A DNA stretch of 63,411 bases, the filler included, from Folioceros fuciformis (lineage: Eukaryota): the NCBI GenBank assembly GCA_049999805.1. It is 7 parts of 7 records of this genome, joined end to end, with 100 filler letters (N's around TTAATTAATTAA, not from the genome) between each part and the next. Parts side by side here need not be neighbours in the genome. Positions count along the whole stretch, not along the records: positions 35,262 to 38,313 come from JBNGIO010006408.1; positions 38,414 to 49,902 come from JBNGIO010006410.1; 5 more parts are not named here. The stretch is one strand, 5' to 3'. The translations under genes were made by a program, and so were the position numbers. Numbering within the stretch: position 1 is the first letter of the stretch; each line of letters opens with the position of its first letter. Shown here one piece after another: positions 35,262 to 48,500 of the stretch. Below the pieces are notes generated by a model that saw only the letters and a program-made list of their open reading frames with translations, was not told where the DNA came from and made no database searches.

Positions 35262-38200
35262 GGGGCAGGCTTGGCAGTATCAAGGTGGAACCGATGCAAG
35301 GTCTCAGCAATGTACTTAGCCTGGTGCAACATAAGAGTGCCAGAATCTAGGTCACGCACAAGTTGCACTCCGAGAACAAAAGTAAGTGCCCCGATATCCT
35401 TCATATCGAATTTTTGGTGCAGCATGTCTTTGACCCAGGAGAGTAAACCCGCATCGTTGGATGCCAGAATGGCGTCGTCAACGTAAAGAGCAAGAACAAC
35501 CAGCTTACCATCCGTGAAGTAGAGATAAACATTGGCATCGCCAGGATTCTGGATGAAGCCAATGGACTTAAGGTACTTGTCAATTGTCTTATACCATTCA
35601 CGAGCTGACTGCTTCAAACCGGATATAGTTTTCTTGAGATGGCACACCCAATCTGGATGCTCGGGGTCAACAAAACCTTCGGGCTGCGACATGTAAATAT
35701 CCTCTTCCAATTCCCCATAGAGAAAAGCTGTACATACGTCCATCTGCTGAAGGTCCCATGCATTGGCAGCAGCCAGGGCAAGGATCATGCGGATAGATTG
35801 AGTTTTCACAACAGGGCTAAAAGTGTCTGTGAAGTCTATGCCAGGAACTTGGGTAAAGCCCCTGGCCACCAGTCGAGATTTGTATCTGGCGATTGCACCC
35901 TGAGCATTTAGTTTATGTTTGAAAACCCATTTGCAACTAACTACCTTCCGACCCTGAGGCAGAGGACACAACTCCCAGGTATCATTCTTGAGCAGCGACT
36001 CATACTCATCCTTGATGGAGGGGAACCAATGCTCCTTGTCAGCTCCAGTGATAGCCTCCTGGTATGTCGTGGGTTCAGGCTTGACATAGGGAGGACTAGT
36101 CATTGAGGACTTAGAAGATGGAAAGGTAACCCCAGCACGAGGACGTCTAAAATCAATGGAAGAATAGGGAGGTTCAACCCACTGAGCAGGTGGATTCCTT
36201 AGACGCTGAGGATAACGGCGTTCTACAGGTGGGTCTACAGGTAGACCCTCTTCAATCTCAGCATCAGGAGCATGGTACAGGGGAGGAACATCTAACATTG
36301 AGTCAACAGAGTGAACAGAAAGATGGTCCTCCTCTAAATCAGACCCAGCCTCTTCCAAGGCTGTAGGATGATCCTGAAACCCATTTGTAACCTCTTCCAT
36401 GTCGGGAGGCAGTGAACCAGGATTAACATGAGCAGGTAGATCTGTTTGCATAGCAGGAGCAGGGGCAGGTGATGCTGGAACAGAATTACCTGCTTGCTGA
36501 GGTGCAGCTCCTGCTACAGGGTTCTGAACAACCCCTGGCACCTGACCAAGGCTAACGTCAGGTATGTCATCCTGTGGGTAATCTGTGGAGTCATCCATAT
36601 CTGTGAGATCAACATGAGTAACAGTCTCTTGGTTATCGGGCAGATGCGCAAAATACGGCTTGGCAGGGCACACAAGCTCCTTGAAGGTCACACTCCTTGC
36701 AAACACTACCGTGTGTGTAAGTGGATCCAATAATTTGTAAGCTTTCGCCTCCTTGCCATATCCAACAAAGATGAGTGGACGAGCTCGGTCTTCTAACTTC
36801 TTTCTCCTTTCTGCAGATATATATGCGTATGCTGGAGAGCCAAAGACCCGTAAGTGCAGCAAGCTGGGCTTCCTGCGCCAAACAACTTCGAATGGAGTCT
36901 TGCTATCCACAGCACTTGTCAGGAGCCTGTTAAGGATGTAAGTCGCTGTGACTACTGCCTCCGCCCAAAAAGTTTTGCTCAGCCCAGACCACTCTAACAT
37001 GCTCCTAGTCATGCCCAACAGTGTCTGATTTCGGCGTTCAGCAACGCCATTCTGCTGTTGGGTATAGGGCACAATAAGTTGGCGCACAACACCATTCTCA
37101 AGCAAAAAATGGTTGAAGTGAGCGTGTGTGAACTCCGTTCCATTGTCAGTTCGTAACTGTTGAAGCAAGCATCCAGTCTGCCTTTGTACCATGACAAACC
37201 ATTCCTTGAAGATCTCGAAGGTATCAGACTTCAAGCGAAGAGGGTAAGTCCAGGAATATCGGCTATAATCATCAGTGAGGGTAAGGTAATATAATGCTCC
37301 GCCAAGGGAGGGAACATGGATCTTGCCTGAAATGTCTGCATGCACTAATTCAAGTATCTGTGATGCACGATGAGCAACTGAATTTTGGAAAGGGAACTTC
37401 TTTCTGTTTGGCTATAACACACGCATCGCAAAGTGGTAAGTCTTTGAAACATTTGGGTAGGGGCTCTATATAGCTACTTAGGTTAGACATTTTAATCAGC
37501 TTGTCTCTATTAGCATGTCCCAATCGAGCATGCCACAAACTAGCTTGGGCAGACTGTGATGACTGGACAGCATGCACCGACTCTGGAGGTATACAGGTGA
37601 GATCTAGCTGATATAAATCGTGAACAAGATGTCCCTTTGCTACGACTTTATTATCCCCCCCTCGCTTCTGTAGTTCGCAACTGTTAGAAGTGAAGAGGAG
37701 GTCGTACTGACGCAAAGACATCAACTGACTTACGGAAAGGAGGTGCTTTGCCATAAGTGGAACGTGCAGGACATCATCTAAATGGAGGATAGAGCCATCA
37801 TGCAAGCGAAAACGGCATGTGCATGATCCAGCAATAAGAAGACCTGTACGTGTAAGCTCATCCCCTAACAGGACCTTATCGGATGTTTGAGAAGGTCTGT
37901 AATGACTGAGAAGACGTCTATCATTGCAGATGTGCGAAGTGGCACCCGAGTCTAGGTACCAACTGTGGGGAGAGGAAGGGACTGAGGAAGATGAAAAGCA
38001 AACCGTCATCACAACAGGAGGTTTGTGAGAAGTCGAAGGTGCCTTGGCGACAGAGTGGGCCTCAACTTGCTTGGGCTTCTCGACCTTACGAGCTTCGCCA
38101 GCCTTCTTTTTTCTACAGTCACGCTCCCAATGCCCCTGAATCCCGCACCAGTTGCAAGAGCCAGTGCATTTGGTGGAAGAGGGGACAACTGAGCCGGAGC

Positions 38201-38313
38201 CAGAGGTAGATTTACCCTTCTGTCCACCCATGTGTTTCTGTCCTTTCGTGTAAAGAACTTTATCAATCTTAATTTTTCCACCAGGATGTGTGGATTGAAG
38301 TCTGCTCTGCTCC
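35262..38313 (-). mobile_element. Ty1/Copia element A, internal gag-pol fragment (same family as element E)
   Basis: Zn knuckle CNWCGIQGHWERDC, protease WYLDSGATSHIC, LWHARLGH, integrase (LTDDYSRYSW, RTDNGTEF, QQNGVAERRN) and RT (YKSRLVARGF, QMDVCTAFL, LYVDD). One frameshift near 37380. Confidence 0.95.
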
Positions 38314-38413
38314 NNNNNNNNNNNNNNNNNNNNNNNNNNNNNNNNNNNNNNNNNNNNTTAATTAATTAANNNNNNNNNNNNNNNNNNNNNNNNNNNNNNN
38401 NNNNNNNNNNNNN

Positions 38414-38460
38414 TTACGTTAGTCGTCATGTTCGGACATGGTTATTGGGACCGTCCCGCA
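38414..38460. repeat. 47-bp exact direct repeat at both ends of scaffold 38414-49902 (second copy 49856-49902)
   Basis: ttacgttagtcgtcatgttcggacatggttattgggaccgtcccgca is present at both positions. Confidence 0.95.
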
Positions 38461-39242
38461 GTCCCCAGTATAGGACAGTCCCAGCAGTCCTCAGGATAAA
38501 ACTGCACAGGGCCACATGATCCACCGCAAACAGTCGCGGGACTGCTGTCCCCGCAGTCTCGTACACCCCAGAAAAATATCGCTGGCCAGCTACGGTATGC
38601 ACAGTAGCCAACTTCATCGGTCGCTGGCTAGCAAAGGCGAATTCGCTGATTCGGACGCGAACATAACTCTGCTCTCAGCCATGGCGCAGGTCCAATCATT
38701 CTGTTTACCATTGGACAATGGTGGCAGATGCGGGTGAGGTTTTCTGTCAAGCGGGATTGCCTTAGAGAAGGCCCCGGAATATACCTCAACATACTCCGTA
38801 GGAAAGTAGTAAAGGAAAGAAAAAAAAAGGCAGCCATAGCTCAGCTTTCTGGCCGGCGAGTCGGAGAGAGAAAGGCAAAGGTAGAGCGGTCTTTGAACTG
38901 ACTATGCACAATGATGTGGATCCAGGTCTGTCAGTAACAGCTGGAAGTCGGTACGTAAGCGAATGAAGTAAGGAGGGGAGGCAGGCGTGGGATGACTGAT
39001 TGGGAGGGCAAATGGGGCTTTGTTGATAGCTGGATCGCTGGATATGCAAGGGCCCAAAAGCGGCACCCAGAAAGCGGGCATGCAAACTGCAAAGCGAACA
39101 CGGCCACGGGAGAGATATTATGACGCGCGAAAAGCGAGCTAGCCGACTGGTACAAATAGCGGGCCGTGGGGCACTGAATTCCCAGCATCCAGCACCGTAA
39201 TCCCCATCGCCTCCGCGAGTGTCTCAGTCGTCGTGTGGATCG

Positions 39243-39902
39243 ATGGCCATGGCAGCCTCCCAGCTCCTGTTCCCGCTCCTGGCCGTGGCCATGGCTGCAT
39301 TAGCCCTGGTTGCAGGGGACGCGGAAGTGGTGGTGGATTTCTGCGTCAAGGACACGAGTCCCGGCAACTCCATCCGGCCCACCGGAAGCCCATGCAAGGC
39401 TGTGGCCGACGTCACGTCCTCCGATTTCAAGTTCAAGCTAATCCCGGGCGACCCGGCCGGCCGCCTCAACTCCGCCGTCGCGCAGGGCTTCGCCGACCAG
39501 TGGGGTGGGATCAACGGCCTGCAGGCGGCCATCGCGAGGCTGGATTTCGGAAAGGACGGCCAGATCCCTCCCCATCACCACCCGCGCGCCACCGAGATCT
39601 TCTACGTGGTGGAGGGCACGGTGCTGAGCGGCTTCGTCGACTCCACCGGCACCCTCTACGAGCAGAAGGTGGGCCCGGGCGAGGCCTTTGTCTTCCCCAG
39701 AGGCCTCATCCACTACCAGCAGAACGTGGGCTATGGCCCCGCCTACGGCATCTCGTCCTTCAACAGCCAGAGCCCCGGCCTGCAGCTGACATTCAACGCC
39801 GTCCTCGACTCCAACCCCCTCATTTCATCGAAGATTCTCGCCCAAACTCTCAACGTCCAGAAGAACAAGGTGGCCTCCCTGCGCAAGGCCTTTGGAGCTT
39901 GA
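39243..39902 (+). CDS. Germin-like protein (cupin_1), secreted, intronless
   Basis: Signal peptide, VDFCV..C pair, germin box GQIPPHHHPRATEI and FVFPRGLIHYQQNVG (H,H,E,H Mn ligands). TATA-like tacaaata at about 39151. Confidence 0.94.
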   Translation: MAMAASQLLFPLLAVAMAALALVAGDAEVVVDFCVKDTSPGNSIRPTGSPCKAVADVTSSDFKFKLIPGDPAGRLNSAVAQGFADQWGGINGLQAAIARLDFGKDGQIPPHHHPRATEIFYVVEGTVLSGFVDSTGTLYEQKVGPGEAFVFPRGLIHYQQNVGYGPAYGISSFNSQSPGLQLTFNAVLDSNPLISSKILAQTLNVQKNKVASLRKAFGA

Positions 39903-40568
39903 CCGTCCGTGGAGCACCTGTCCTGTCCGCCTCCAGATGGGATAGCCTGAGGGGGCTTCCGATTCCTGCCTCAGGCCTCGCCCTAGCGTCTTCCTGTCGT
40001 TCCTGGTCCTAGTCGCGATCGAGCGACCCCAGTGATGTAATGCGCAAGCAAGCGCACCGGGCGATTAACGTTCGGTGCTGCATTGATGTGCCGCTGTTTT
40101 TCCTGGGAAGACGGGTCACTCCATGGCTGTGCCAGTGGTGGCCATCTCCCCAGCGTTTCATGTTCATGTGATTGAGATGATGTTGTGCTCACACCAATGT
40201 CCCCTCCCACAAACGCGGCGCGGGGCCCTACAATCTGCGTGCCCATGACTTCGCTCGTAAATCTGTGGTCCCGGCATGCACGTTTCTTGGCCTTCTCATC
40301 CGGCTCCTCCTACGTGAACGGGCTAGCGTTGCATTGCTTATCCAGCACACGACTTCGTCACTAATGACGGCCTCGACACGGGATGAACATGTCCAGCAGC
40401 TATGCTGGCCTTCCGGACCTCCAACAAGCTTGCAGACCGATAGATGCGATGCAGGCTGTGCAGTCAACGAATTCAGCCACATTAGGACATTGGAAGTCAA
40501 GTGGAAGGGCCCGTCGCATTGCGGGTCCGTGTCTCCCGAGCGACGAGCCACAACCGGTGTTAGATTAG

Positions 40569-41510
40569 TGTTAGAGATTCAATTCTCTGCTACTTACTCT
40601 AAGTATATTAGGATACACTAAGATATTGCACTATGAGTCAGGGGGTTACCTCCTCGATAGTTGCCTAGCCTAAGGGCTATATATGCTAGCCTAAGGGCTA
40701 TATATGCAGCACCCTGTGCACCATATTGCCTTGTACTATTGCGCCTATCTAAGCCAGTGGTGCTATTGCGTGCGCCATCCATTGCCTCTACTTATGTATG
40801 CTAACTGTGTTGATCTTGGGCGTTGCCCAGACTGTGTTGTGTCTAAGCTTGTTTCTTACATGGTATCAGAGTATTAGAACGGGAACACTAATCGCGAGAC
40901 TTGATAAGAGAGGACGGAGTTGTGATGGCAATGGGCTCAGTAACCACTGCAGCCTTGAGGACACGGGTGTTTGATGGAACGGAGTTCCATGTATGAAAAA
41001 GGTCCATGAAGGTTTTGCTAATGGCAGAGGACGCGTATGGTATGGTTGAGGGCAAAGAGCTGAAACCCGAAGATGAGGGGAGAGAGCAGAGAGAATGGAT
41101 GTGGAGAGACCACAAGGGTACAGCTCTTCTATATATGAATCTCTCTACGGCAGTCCAGCTAAAGGTTGGAGAACCAGACAATGGCGTGCCACGGAGTACA
41201 TTTGGAATCTTCTCGATGAGAAATATGGCCAAAAAGGAGCAGGTGAAGTATTTCACTTGTTTTGTCGTTTGACAACATTGAAGTATTCAGATGGAGACGA
41301 TCTGCGAAAGCACATCGACACCTTTCACGACCTGTTTATAGCGCTAGCATAAGCTAACGAGCACTTCGCTATCCAGGAGGATACACAGAAGATGTCTCTA
41401 TGTCGTTCTATGCCCGAAGCTTGGTTAGGGTTCATAGATTTCCTAATAGCACAAGACACTCTCACATGGGAGGAGGTCACCTCTAAGATGTTGGCGAAGG
41501 AGACTTGCGA
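40569..41510 (+). mobile_element. Copia element F: 5' LTR (about 40569-40860), PBS and decayed gag, truncated
   Basis: TGTTAGA...TCTTACA termini, TGGTATCAGAG (tRNA-iMet PBS) at 40861-40871 and gag remnants FDGTEFHV*KRSMKVLL...GMVEG and IWNLLDEKY. The LTR contains a 21-bp tandem duplication. Confidence 0.85.
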
Positions 41511-42915
41511 ACGAGCATGAAACACAGGATTGGTAGCCAACCTCATGCTACTCATGTTGTCACAGTAGATTGTGATATTGCTGTTCACTATATTTCCAAG
41601 ATCATGTAGCAACTTCTGCAACCAAGCTGCTTCATAGGCTGCCATTGCAGCTCCACGATACTCTGCTTCTGTGCTTGACAAAGCAACTATCGGTTGTTTC
41701 TTGCTTTGCCAACTGATCATACTACTTCCCAGACTGAATGCATATCCATTGGTTGATCTTCTATCATACGCACAACCAGCCCAATCAGCATCGGTATATC
41801 CTATCAGTTCAAGATGCTTCCTATGCTCATAGAGCAATCCAAACTCAGCAGTTCCTTTCACATATCTCATGATTCTTCTAACTGCATCCAAGTGCGGTTT
41901 CCTTGGGTTCTGCATTAATTGACTAATCAGCCCTACTGCATAACTTAAGTCGGGACGTGTGATAGTCAAGTAGATCAAACTTCCGACCATCTGTCGATAC
42001 ATGATCACATTTTCCAGCTCAGTTCCTACATCCATTTGCAGCTTGATGTTTTGCTCCAATGGTGTATCCATCGCTTTGCAATCTGCCATGCCATACTTCT
42101 GCAGCATATCCTTAGCATATTGTTTTTGCAATAGCTAGATTCCTTGAGGTGTAGACACAACCTCAATTCCTAAGAAGTATTTGAGTTCACCAAGATCCTT
42201 CACCTTGAACTCTTTGTGCAGATTTGCCTTGATATTTGCAATACCATCTGCATCATCTCCTGTGATGATTAGGTCGTCAACATAAACGACAAGACACACT
42301 TGTCCTACCTTGGTCTGTTTTACAAACAGACTGTGATCTGCATTTCCAATCACAAACCCTCGCTCCTTCAAATAGCTTGTGATACAAGCATTCCATGCTC
42401 TAGGTGCCTGTTTGAGGCCATACAATGCCTTCTTCAGTTTGCATACGTACGTTGGAAACTTAGGATGAACATAGCCTTCAGGCTGTTCCACGTACACTTC
42501 CTCCTGCAACTCACCATTCAAGAAAGCATTCTTGACATCCATTTGCCATCACTTCCATCCTTTAGCTGCTACTAATGCTATGACTATCCTTACAATTGTC
42601 ATCTTGGCTACAGGACTAAAGGTTTCCTCATAATCAAGACCATACTGTTGTGCATATCCCTTTGCAACCAACCTGGCCTTGTAACGCTCCAGCGTTCCAT
42701 CTGACTTGAACTTCAGCTTGCACACCCACTTAGAACCAATAGGAACCTTGTCATCAGGCAATTGAACCAAATCCCACGTTCCGTTCTCACCTAATGCTGA
42801 GTATTCTTCATCCATGGCTTGACACCACTTATCATTTGTTACTGCCTCAACAAACTTGGTTGGCTCCTTACAAGCTATGACCCTTGTCGTATATGCATAA
42901 TGTTGCGCATTCTAG
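41511..42915 (-). mobile_element. Copia element G: RT-RNaseH fragment with nonsense mutations
   Basis: [47 protein letters not shown] and NPVFHAR, truncated just after NPVFHAR. Confidence 0.93.
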
Positions 42916-42917
42916 CT

Positions 42918-45160
42918 TGTTGTGGGCAAGCGGGTATGGTATCCCTACCAGGCACCCGCTCACATGTATCGTGGCCACATCAATCCCACGATCGTTGTAG
43001 GTTTCCCCGAAATCGCTCCCCTCTAAGCCTGGTCAGCTACGTCTATCGCTCCCCTACACTAGTCAACTCTCCCAACCACGTACCTATCATGATATATGGC
43101 CACACGTCCCATCAGTAGGTAGGCACCATTGCTTCACTTGGAAGGGCCCCAGTACCTCCCCTACCGATTTCTACCTCCCTACACTCAATACCTTTTCCTC
43201 ACAAGGCTTCCTACGACACCTTCCTCTACCCACAATCTAGCTACTCGTCTCCCTACGCCCAGCAACCAACAAGTTTTCTTCCGAGCCTACTCTGCTCCCT
43301 CCAACTCTATTTATCGTTCGCCTATGACCTTCAACCTTTCCCGCGTACCTTCAACACGTCCAGTTAGTAGGAAGGCACCATTCCTTCACTTGGAAGGGCC
43401 CAGTACCTCCCCCTACCAACTTCCAACTACCTACAACCAACACCTTTCCCCAAAAGTCTCCTCACAACACCTTCTACACGATCCAACTCCGCGTTTCCCT
43501 ACTTTCAAGACTCCCAACCAGACATCACAAGAACCTTTGCCATTGGCAATAGAAAGGGCACTCGTAGCTCCCCCCCCCTACCAGGATGTCCACGCAGACT
43601 TACGAAAATTGGTTCTCTATTCGTCACGAAACACTTACAATCAAAGAACGGGGACCTCCTCGCTCAAGTTCTGCATTCTACTTATATAGGATGGCATACG
43701 GCTTCCTACCTACCAATAGCCGCAGCCAGCTTTAACTACGCACACCTACCAAGAGGCTAAGACCTACCAATAGTTGCTAAGGCAGTGCGCGCCGATGAAG
43801 ATTAGGACTGTCGGTGCCGCCATAGAAGATTCGTTGACCTCCTTTTTCAAAAAGGTATGGCTAGGATGGCTCCTGAAGGGAGGCAGAGTCTGAAGGCTGA
43901 GCCACTGGGCCCCCCTCCATTATTGAGATTCGTCTTCTTTTGGATCCACGAGCTTCCACCGTACCTTCCTCTGTATGGATCTCTTGGGCTATCCCTTCAC
44001 CACCACCTACAAGTTTGGTAGGGGAGGGTTCCCCTTGTTCCTCAACTTGAGGCTCCTTCCCTACGTAGGGTGGGAATGTTCCCTCCGTACGTAGGGTCCC
44101 TACCATTCCTTCCCCTCCTCTCGTAGGTGGGTTCCCTACCCCTCCTCTCGTAGGTGGGNNNNNNNNNNCTACCCCTCCTCTCGTAGGTGGGTTCCCTACC
44201 CCTCCTCTCGTAGGTAGGTTCCTTAGGGGAGTAGGTACCCCTTATTGCGTGCTCTTCCTAGCCCATAGCAGCTCCTCAGGTTCCCATTGCGAGCTCTCCA
44301 GGTCCATACTGTTGTCCTCTTGAAAGTCTGTTGGTAGGGGCACTGTCTCCAGGGCCTCACGATCGTCATCATGTGGCCCAAGATACCTTCGCCTTGCCAA
44401 TGCTGCCAGTTCCTTGTGATGAACGAGTAGACGTTGGTGTAGGTGGAGGTTGTGATTCTGTTGAGCTAGATCTATGGTATCCATGTCAACAACCCAATCC
44501 CCACCCTCGCATTTACTCTTGTAGATATCCCGTTCAACCTCCATCGCCCCTACCTTCAACTGTAGGTCAAGGTTTTCTTGATGAGTTGCATGAAGCTTGG
44601 TCATGCACCCCATCAAGTAGGCGTAGTCACCACGAAACCTACGAGCTCGAACCACCAGCATCCTGTGAATCCTTGTCTGGTGCTCAGCTTCTTGTTGTGC
44701 TTTCTTCTGCCGAAGGTCTTCTAATTGGATGGTCAATTGTTCCCTCTCCACTCGCTCTCCTTGCCCTGCTTCAAGGCGTTGCTGGAGTTCTTGGTTCGCT
44801 TTAGCATTCTATGCCTCCAACTCATCTAGCTTGCCTTGTAAATCCTTTGCAAGGTAGACTTGTTCTCGTAGCTGTTCCTCCACCACCTTCCTAGTTTCCT
44901 CAAACTGGGTGAGGTCCCTTCGACATGCAATGATCTCATGGGATAAACCTTGTTGGGAAGTCTGCAACGTGGTCACCTGCTGGGTCAACTTCTCCAGTCC
45001 TTGCCTTTGCTCACCATCCTTGAGGAGATACTGTTCTCGCTCCTTTTCCAATTCCTGCACTTTGGATTCTAGTCGTGCCTGGTTTGCATCCTGACTTATG
45101 TCCTCCTGTAGTAGGGCTTCAATCATTGCACAAGCTTGTCCCCAATTGATGGGAGAGACC
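42918..45160 (-). mobile_element. Probable LTR-retrotransposon terminal region with decayed coiled-coil accessory ORF (about 45160 to 43861)
   Basis: Starts TGTTG where element G is interrupted. Contains an about 250-bp internal duplication (43121/43373). ORF pieces 44809-45237 and 44242-44751 are in one frame, split by a single TAG. No core TE domain is visible, so the class is inferred. Confidence 0.5.
44112..44220. repeat. 27-bp tandem repeat (encodes GNPPTRGGV on the minus strand), spans a 10-N gap
   Basis: cccctcctctcgtaggtgggttcccta in about 4 visible copies. Confidence 0.85.
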
Positions 45161-45555
45161 CATGCAATTCGTTTATCGACGACTACAGCAGGAGAAGGTC
45201 TATGCAGCGACGCCACCAAGACCCAGAATCCTTGCACCTTGAGTCAGCCACCAGAGATAGTGAGGAGTCTCTTGCCGTCGCTGTACAGCACCTAAGACAA
45301 AGGCTTGACAATATCAACAACACTGCACTTTGCCGTACCCAGCTCATCCTCACTACACTTGATAGCCTTACAGATCGGATAACCCGGTTTGAGGATCACC
45401 TGCAGCAAATAGACGTCAAGCTATTTGTTTTAATGAAACCACAGCTGCAGGAGAGGAATAGGCTTACCCGAACGATTCTCTCAAATTACAGACGAGCAAA
45501 GTTAGCTGTGTGCCAATCTAGGCCAGTGGAGTCTACCAATGCGGGTAGCTGCTGA
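45136..45555 (+). CDS. Copia B accessory ORF0 (coiled coil), 5'-truncated
   Basis: Aligns without gaps over 55 aa to ORF 58557-59213 of element D (LQQIDVKLFVLMKPQL vs LYHLDYKIHVLVKPEL). Confidence 0.65.
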   Translation: MSPIDGRDPCNSFIDDYSRRRSMQRRHQDPESLHLESATRDSEESLAVAVQHLRQRLDNINNTALCRTQLILTTLDSLTDRITRFEDHLQQIDVKLFVLMKPQLQERNRLTRTILSNYRRAKLAVCQSRPVESTNAGSC

Positions 45556-48500
45556 TTCATGAGTGGACAAGGGACATACTCCACTCTAGAGTGGCTGAGG
45601 AACTAAGCCCAAGAAGTCGGGCTTATCGATTTTGATGACTATGAGGAACAAGTGACAGATGGTGACTCTAGACGAGCATCTGTAAACACAAATCTGGAAC
45701 ACGTAGATTATTCCTAGTTCTGGAAAGCCAACAAAATGGATGAGGATGATAAAGCACGAGATAACATGATTAATGCACTACAGTCATTGACCAGCGGTGG
45801 ATTCAAGGAAAAGGACCGACTGGTCACAGGTGCTGAGTACGATATCTAGGTCATGAGGATGCAAGGCGCATTAGAGGAGAAAAATCTGTGAGATATCGTG
45901 ACTGGTGATGTACCAAAACCTGCAGAGGGGTCAGCAGACTTACCTGTTTGGAAGCTGGCTGACATAAGAGCAAGGAACCTGATCAGGTCAGGTCTTGCCC
46001 CAGAGATGATGCGTCAGGCATCTGATGGACCAAGTGACTCAGCGCAGGACATGTGGAACCACCTTGCTATGATGTTTGCCTCCCATGACATGGCAGCGTC
46101 TATGTCTGCTTCTGTGAAATACCATAGCCTGCGAATGACAGAAGGGGAGACAGTTGAACATTACATTGCAAGATTTAGAATTGCCCGTGCAAGACTAAGC
46201 TCAACAAGAACAAAGATTACAGACTACGAAGCAGCCTGTAGACTGTTGAGTTCCTTACCACCAAGTTACGGCCCTTTCGTCACTGGTCAACAGGCCATGG
46301 CGAAGGTGGAGGCCAGAATTGCCAAGGTCTTGAAACTTGATGCAGAGCCGCTAACATTCAACGGAGTGGTAAGTGCGATGCTGCAGGAAGAAGCCACACG
46401 GCTGTCTTCACGCTCTGCAAAACAGCAATCACAGGGTCAGCAAGCCCTTTTTGCAGGAAGGGGAAAAACATTCAAGAGAGGCCGAGGTGGCTGGAGTGCT
46501 AATCGTGGTGGTAGGACTGCTCCCATTGAACCTGGTCAGAGTTCAGGCAGCCAGAAAAGGAGTGGCAACTGCAACTGGTGTGGTATACCAGGTCACTGGG
46601 CACGGGATTGTCGTANNNNNNNNNNATAGGATACACTAATGGCATCAAAGCCTATAAGCTGTATGACCCTGTTACAAGGGTTGTGAGTCATGCCAGGAGT
46701 GTCGTGTTTGACGAACGGAGTGTGATGCAAGCCTCTCGTTCAGTAGTACCTCAAACTGTAACTGCTGACGGACTGGTGTATGACGATACAGAAGCTGAGG
46801 AAGAAGACACCCCATATCCTGCATACAGTCATGGTGGAGGTGAAGATGCTGTAGTCTCGCATTTTGACCAGACTGCTGAGCAAGCTGAGGACACTGCTGA
46901 AATAAATGCAGAAAATGGTGTCCTCTCATCTGAGGATGAAGGTGGTGAAGAGGCTGTACCTGAGCAGACTGACATGGAAATGCTGGATCAGGAATCTCCA
47001 GATGAGCATAGGTCCATACAAGATGCCCCACCACATCGTTATAGTCTGAGAGAGCGAAATAGGCCCTGGAAGGAGCCTCCGCTGGAGATGGAGGACTGGC
47101 GTCCAAGTAAGTCTAAGTCAAAAGCAAGAACTGCAAGGAGTGAACCACTTACCTTTGTGGACACTTCGGTGGGGGCACAGGTTGCAGAGGAGTTGTCATC
47201 TGGCGCTGCAGAAATGTTAGGAGATGCACAAGTCTCGAGTGCATATGTCCAAGCTATGGTGGCAGCCAGCGTGGATCTTTTGGAGCCTGTCACACTCACA
47301 CAGGCCTTTACCAGGTCAGAAGCAAAGCAGTGAAAAAAGGCAGTGGATGACGAATACGCATCCATAATAAAAAATGGTACATGGTCACTTGTGGAGCTGC
47401 CGAAGGATAGGAAACCCATTTCCTGCAAATGGGTCTTCAAACTTAAAGAGAAGGCGGATGGCAGTATCAAGCGCTACAAAGCACGGCTCGTAGCCCGTGG
47501 CTTCTCCCAAGTACCAGGGGTAGATTTTACCGAGACATTTGCTCCAGTTGTCAAATTCACAACGTTGAGAATGGTCCTTGCACCAGCAGCCCACCTAGAT
47601 TTGGATCTCAAGCAAATGGACGTCAAGACCACCTTCCTGCATGGCGAGCTGCAAGAAGAGATCTACATGCAACAGCCGGAGGGTTATGTGAAACATGGCA
47701 AGGATCACTTAGTGTGCAAACTGAACAAAACCTTGTATGGACTCAAGCAGAGTCCAAGAGCATGGAACCAACGCATTGACGCGTACCTGAAGAAGCTAGG
47801 CTTCAAGCAGGGGATGGCTGACCATGGACTGTACATGCTGAGCGAAGATGATAGCTTTCTGATCTTACTGCTGTACGTAGACGATCTTGTCTTGGCAGCC
47901 ACCAAGGGAAAGAGCAGCCTGATGAGCAAAGTAAAGGCTCTCCTGAAGCGTGAGTTCGAAATGACCGAGCTGGGAGAGCTCACATGGTGTCTTGGCATAG
48001 AGATCTCGAGGGACAGAGCAGCCAGGAAGCTATCAATTTGTCAGAAGAAATATATTAAAGAAGGACTAAAAAGGTTCAACCTGGCTGAGGCAAACGGGTG
48101 TGCAACACCCCTGGCAACTAGCCTGAAGCTGACAAGGGTACATGAACCCTTACCATCTGAGGAAATTGTAGAAATGTCGAAGACTCCATATAGGCATGCT
48201 GTGGGCACGCTTATATATCTGGCAAATGTAACGAGACCTGATATTGCATATGCTGTCAGCCTTGAGTCGCAATTTCTTGAGAACCCAAGTCTTGAGCACT
48301 GGAGCCAGGTTAAACGCACGTTCAGATATTTAAAGAACACACCTACTGAAGGAATAGTCTATGCAGGCACAGAAAGAGAGAAACTTACCCTCGAGGGCTT
48401 TTGTGACTCAGATTGGGCTTCGGACCTGAACAACAGAAAGTCACTGTTAGCATTTGTGCTAATGTTAGCAGGAGGACCAATTTTCTGGTCAAGCAAGAAA

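Noticed and set aside
38440-38560. GGGAC/GTCCC-rich short inverted repeats upstream of the germin gene
   Set aside because: Matches are about 10 bp with no clear termini or TSD; insufficient to call a MITE or hairpin RNA.
39233-40012. Long alternative-frame and antisense ORFs over GC-rich genes (also 3016-3879, 8172-8978, 12776-13591, 13921-14781, 15813-16619)
   Set aside because: Shadow ORFs expected from high GC codon usage of the real overlapping CDS.
46615-46626. Apparent loss of protease and integrase core in elements B and C (also 52963-52972)
   Set aside because: The missing domains coincide exactly with short N runs, so these are undersized assembly gaps rather than evidence for non-autonomous deletion derivatives.
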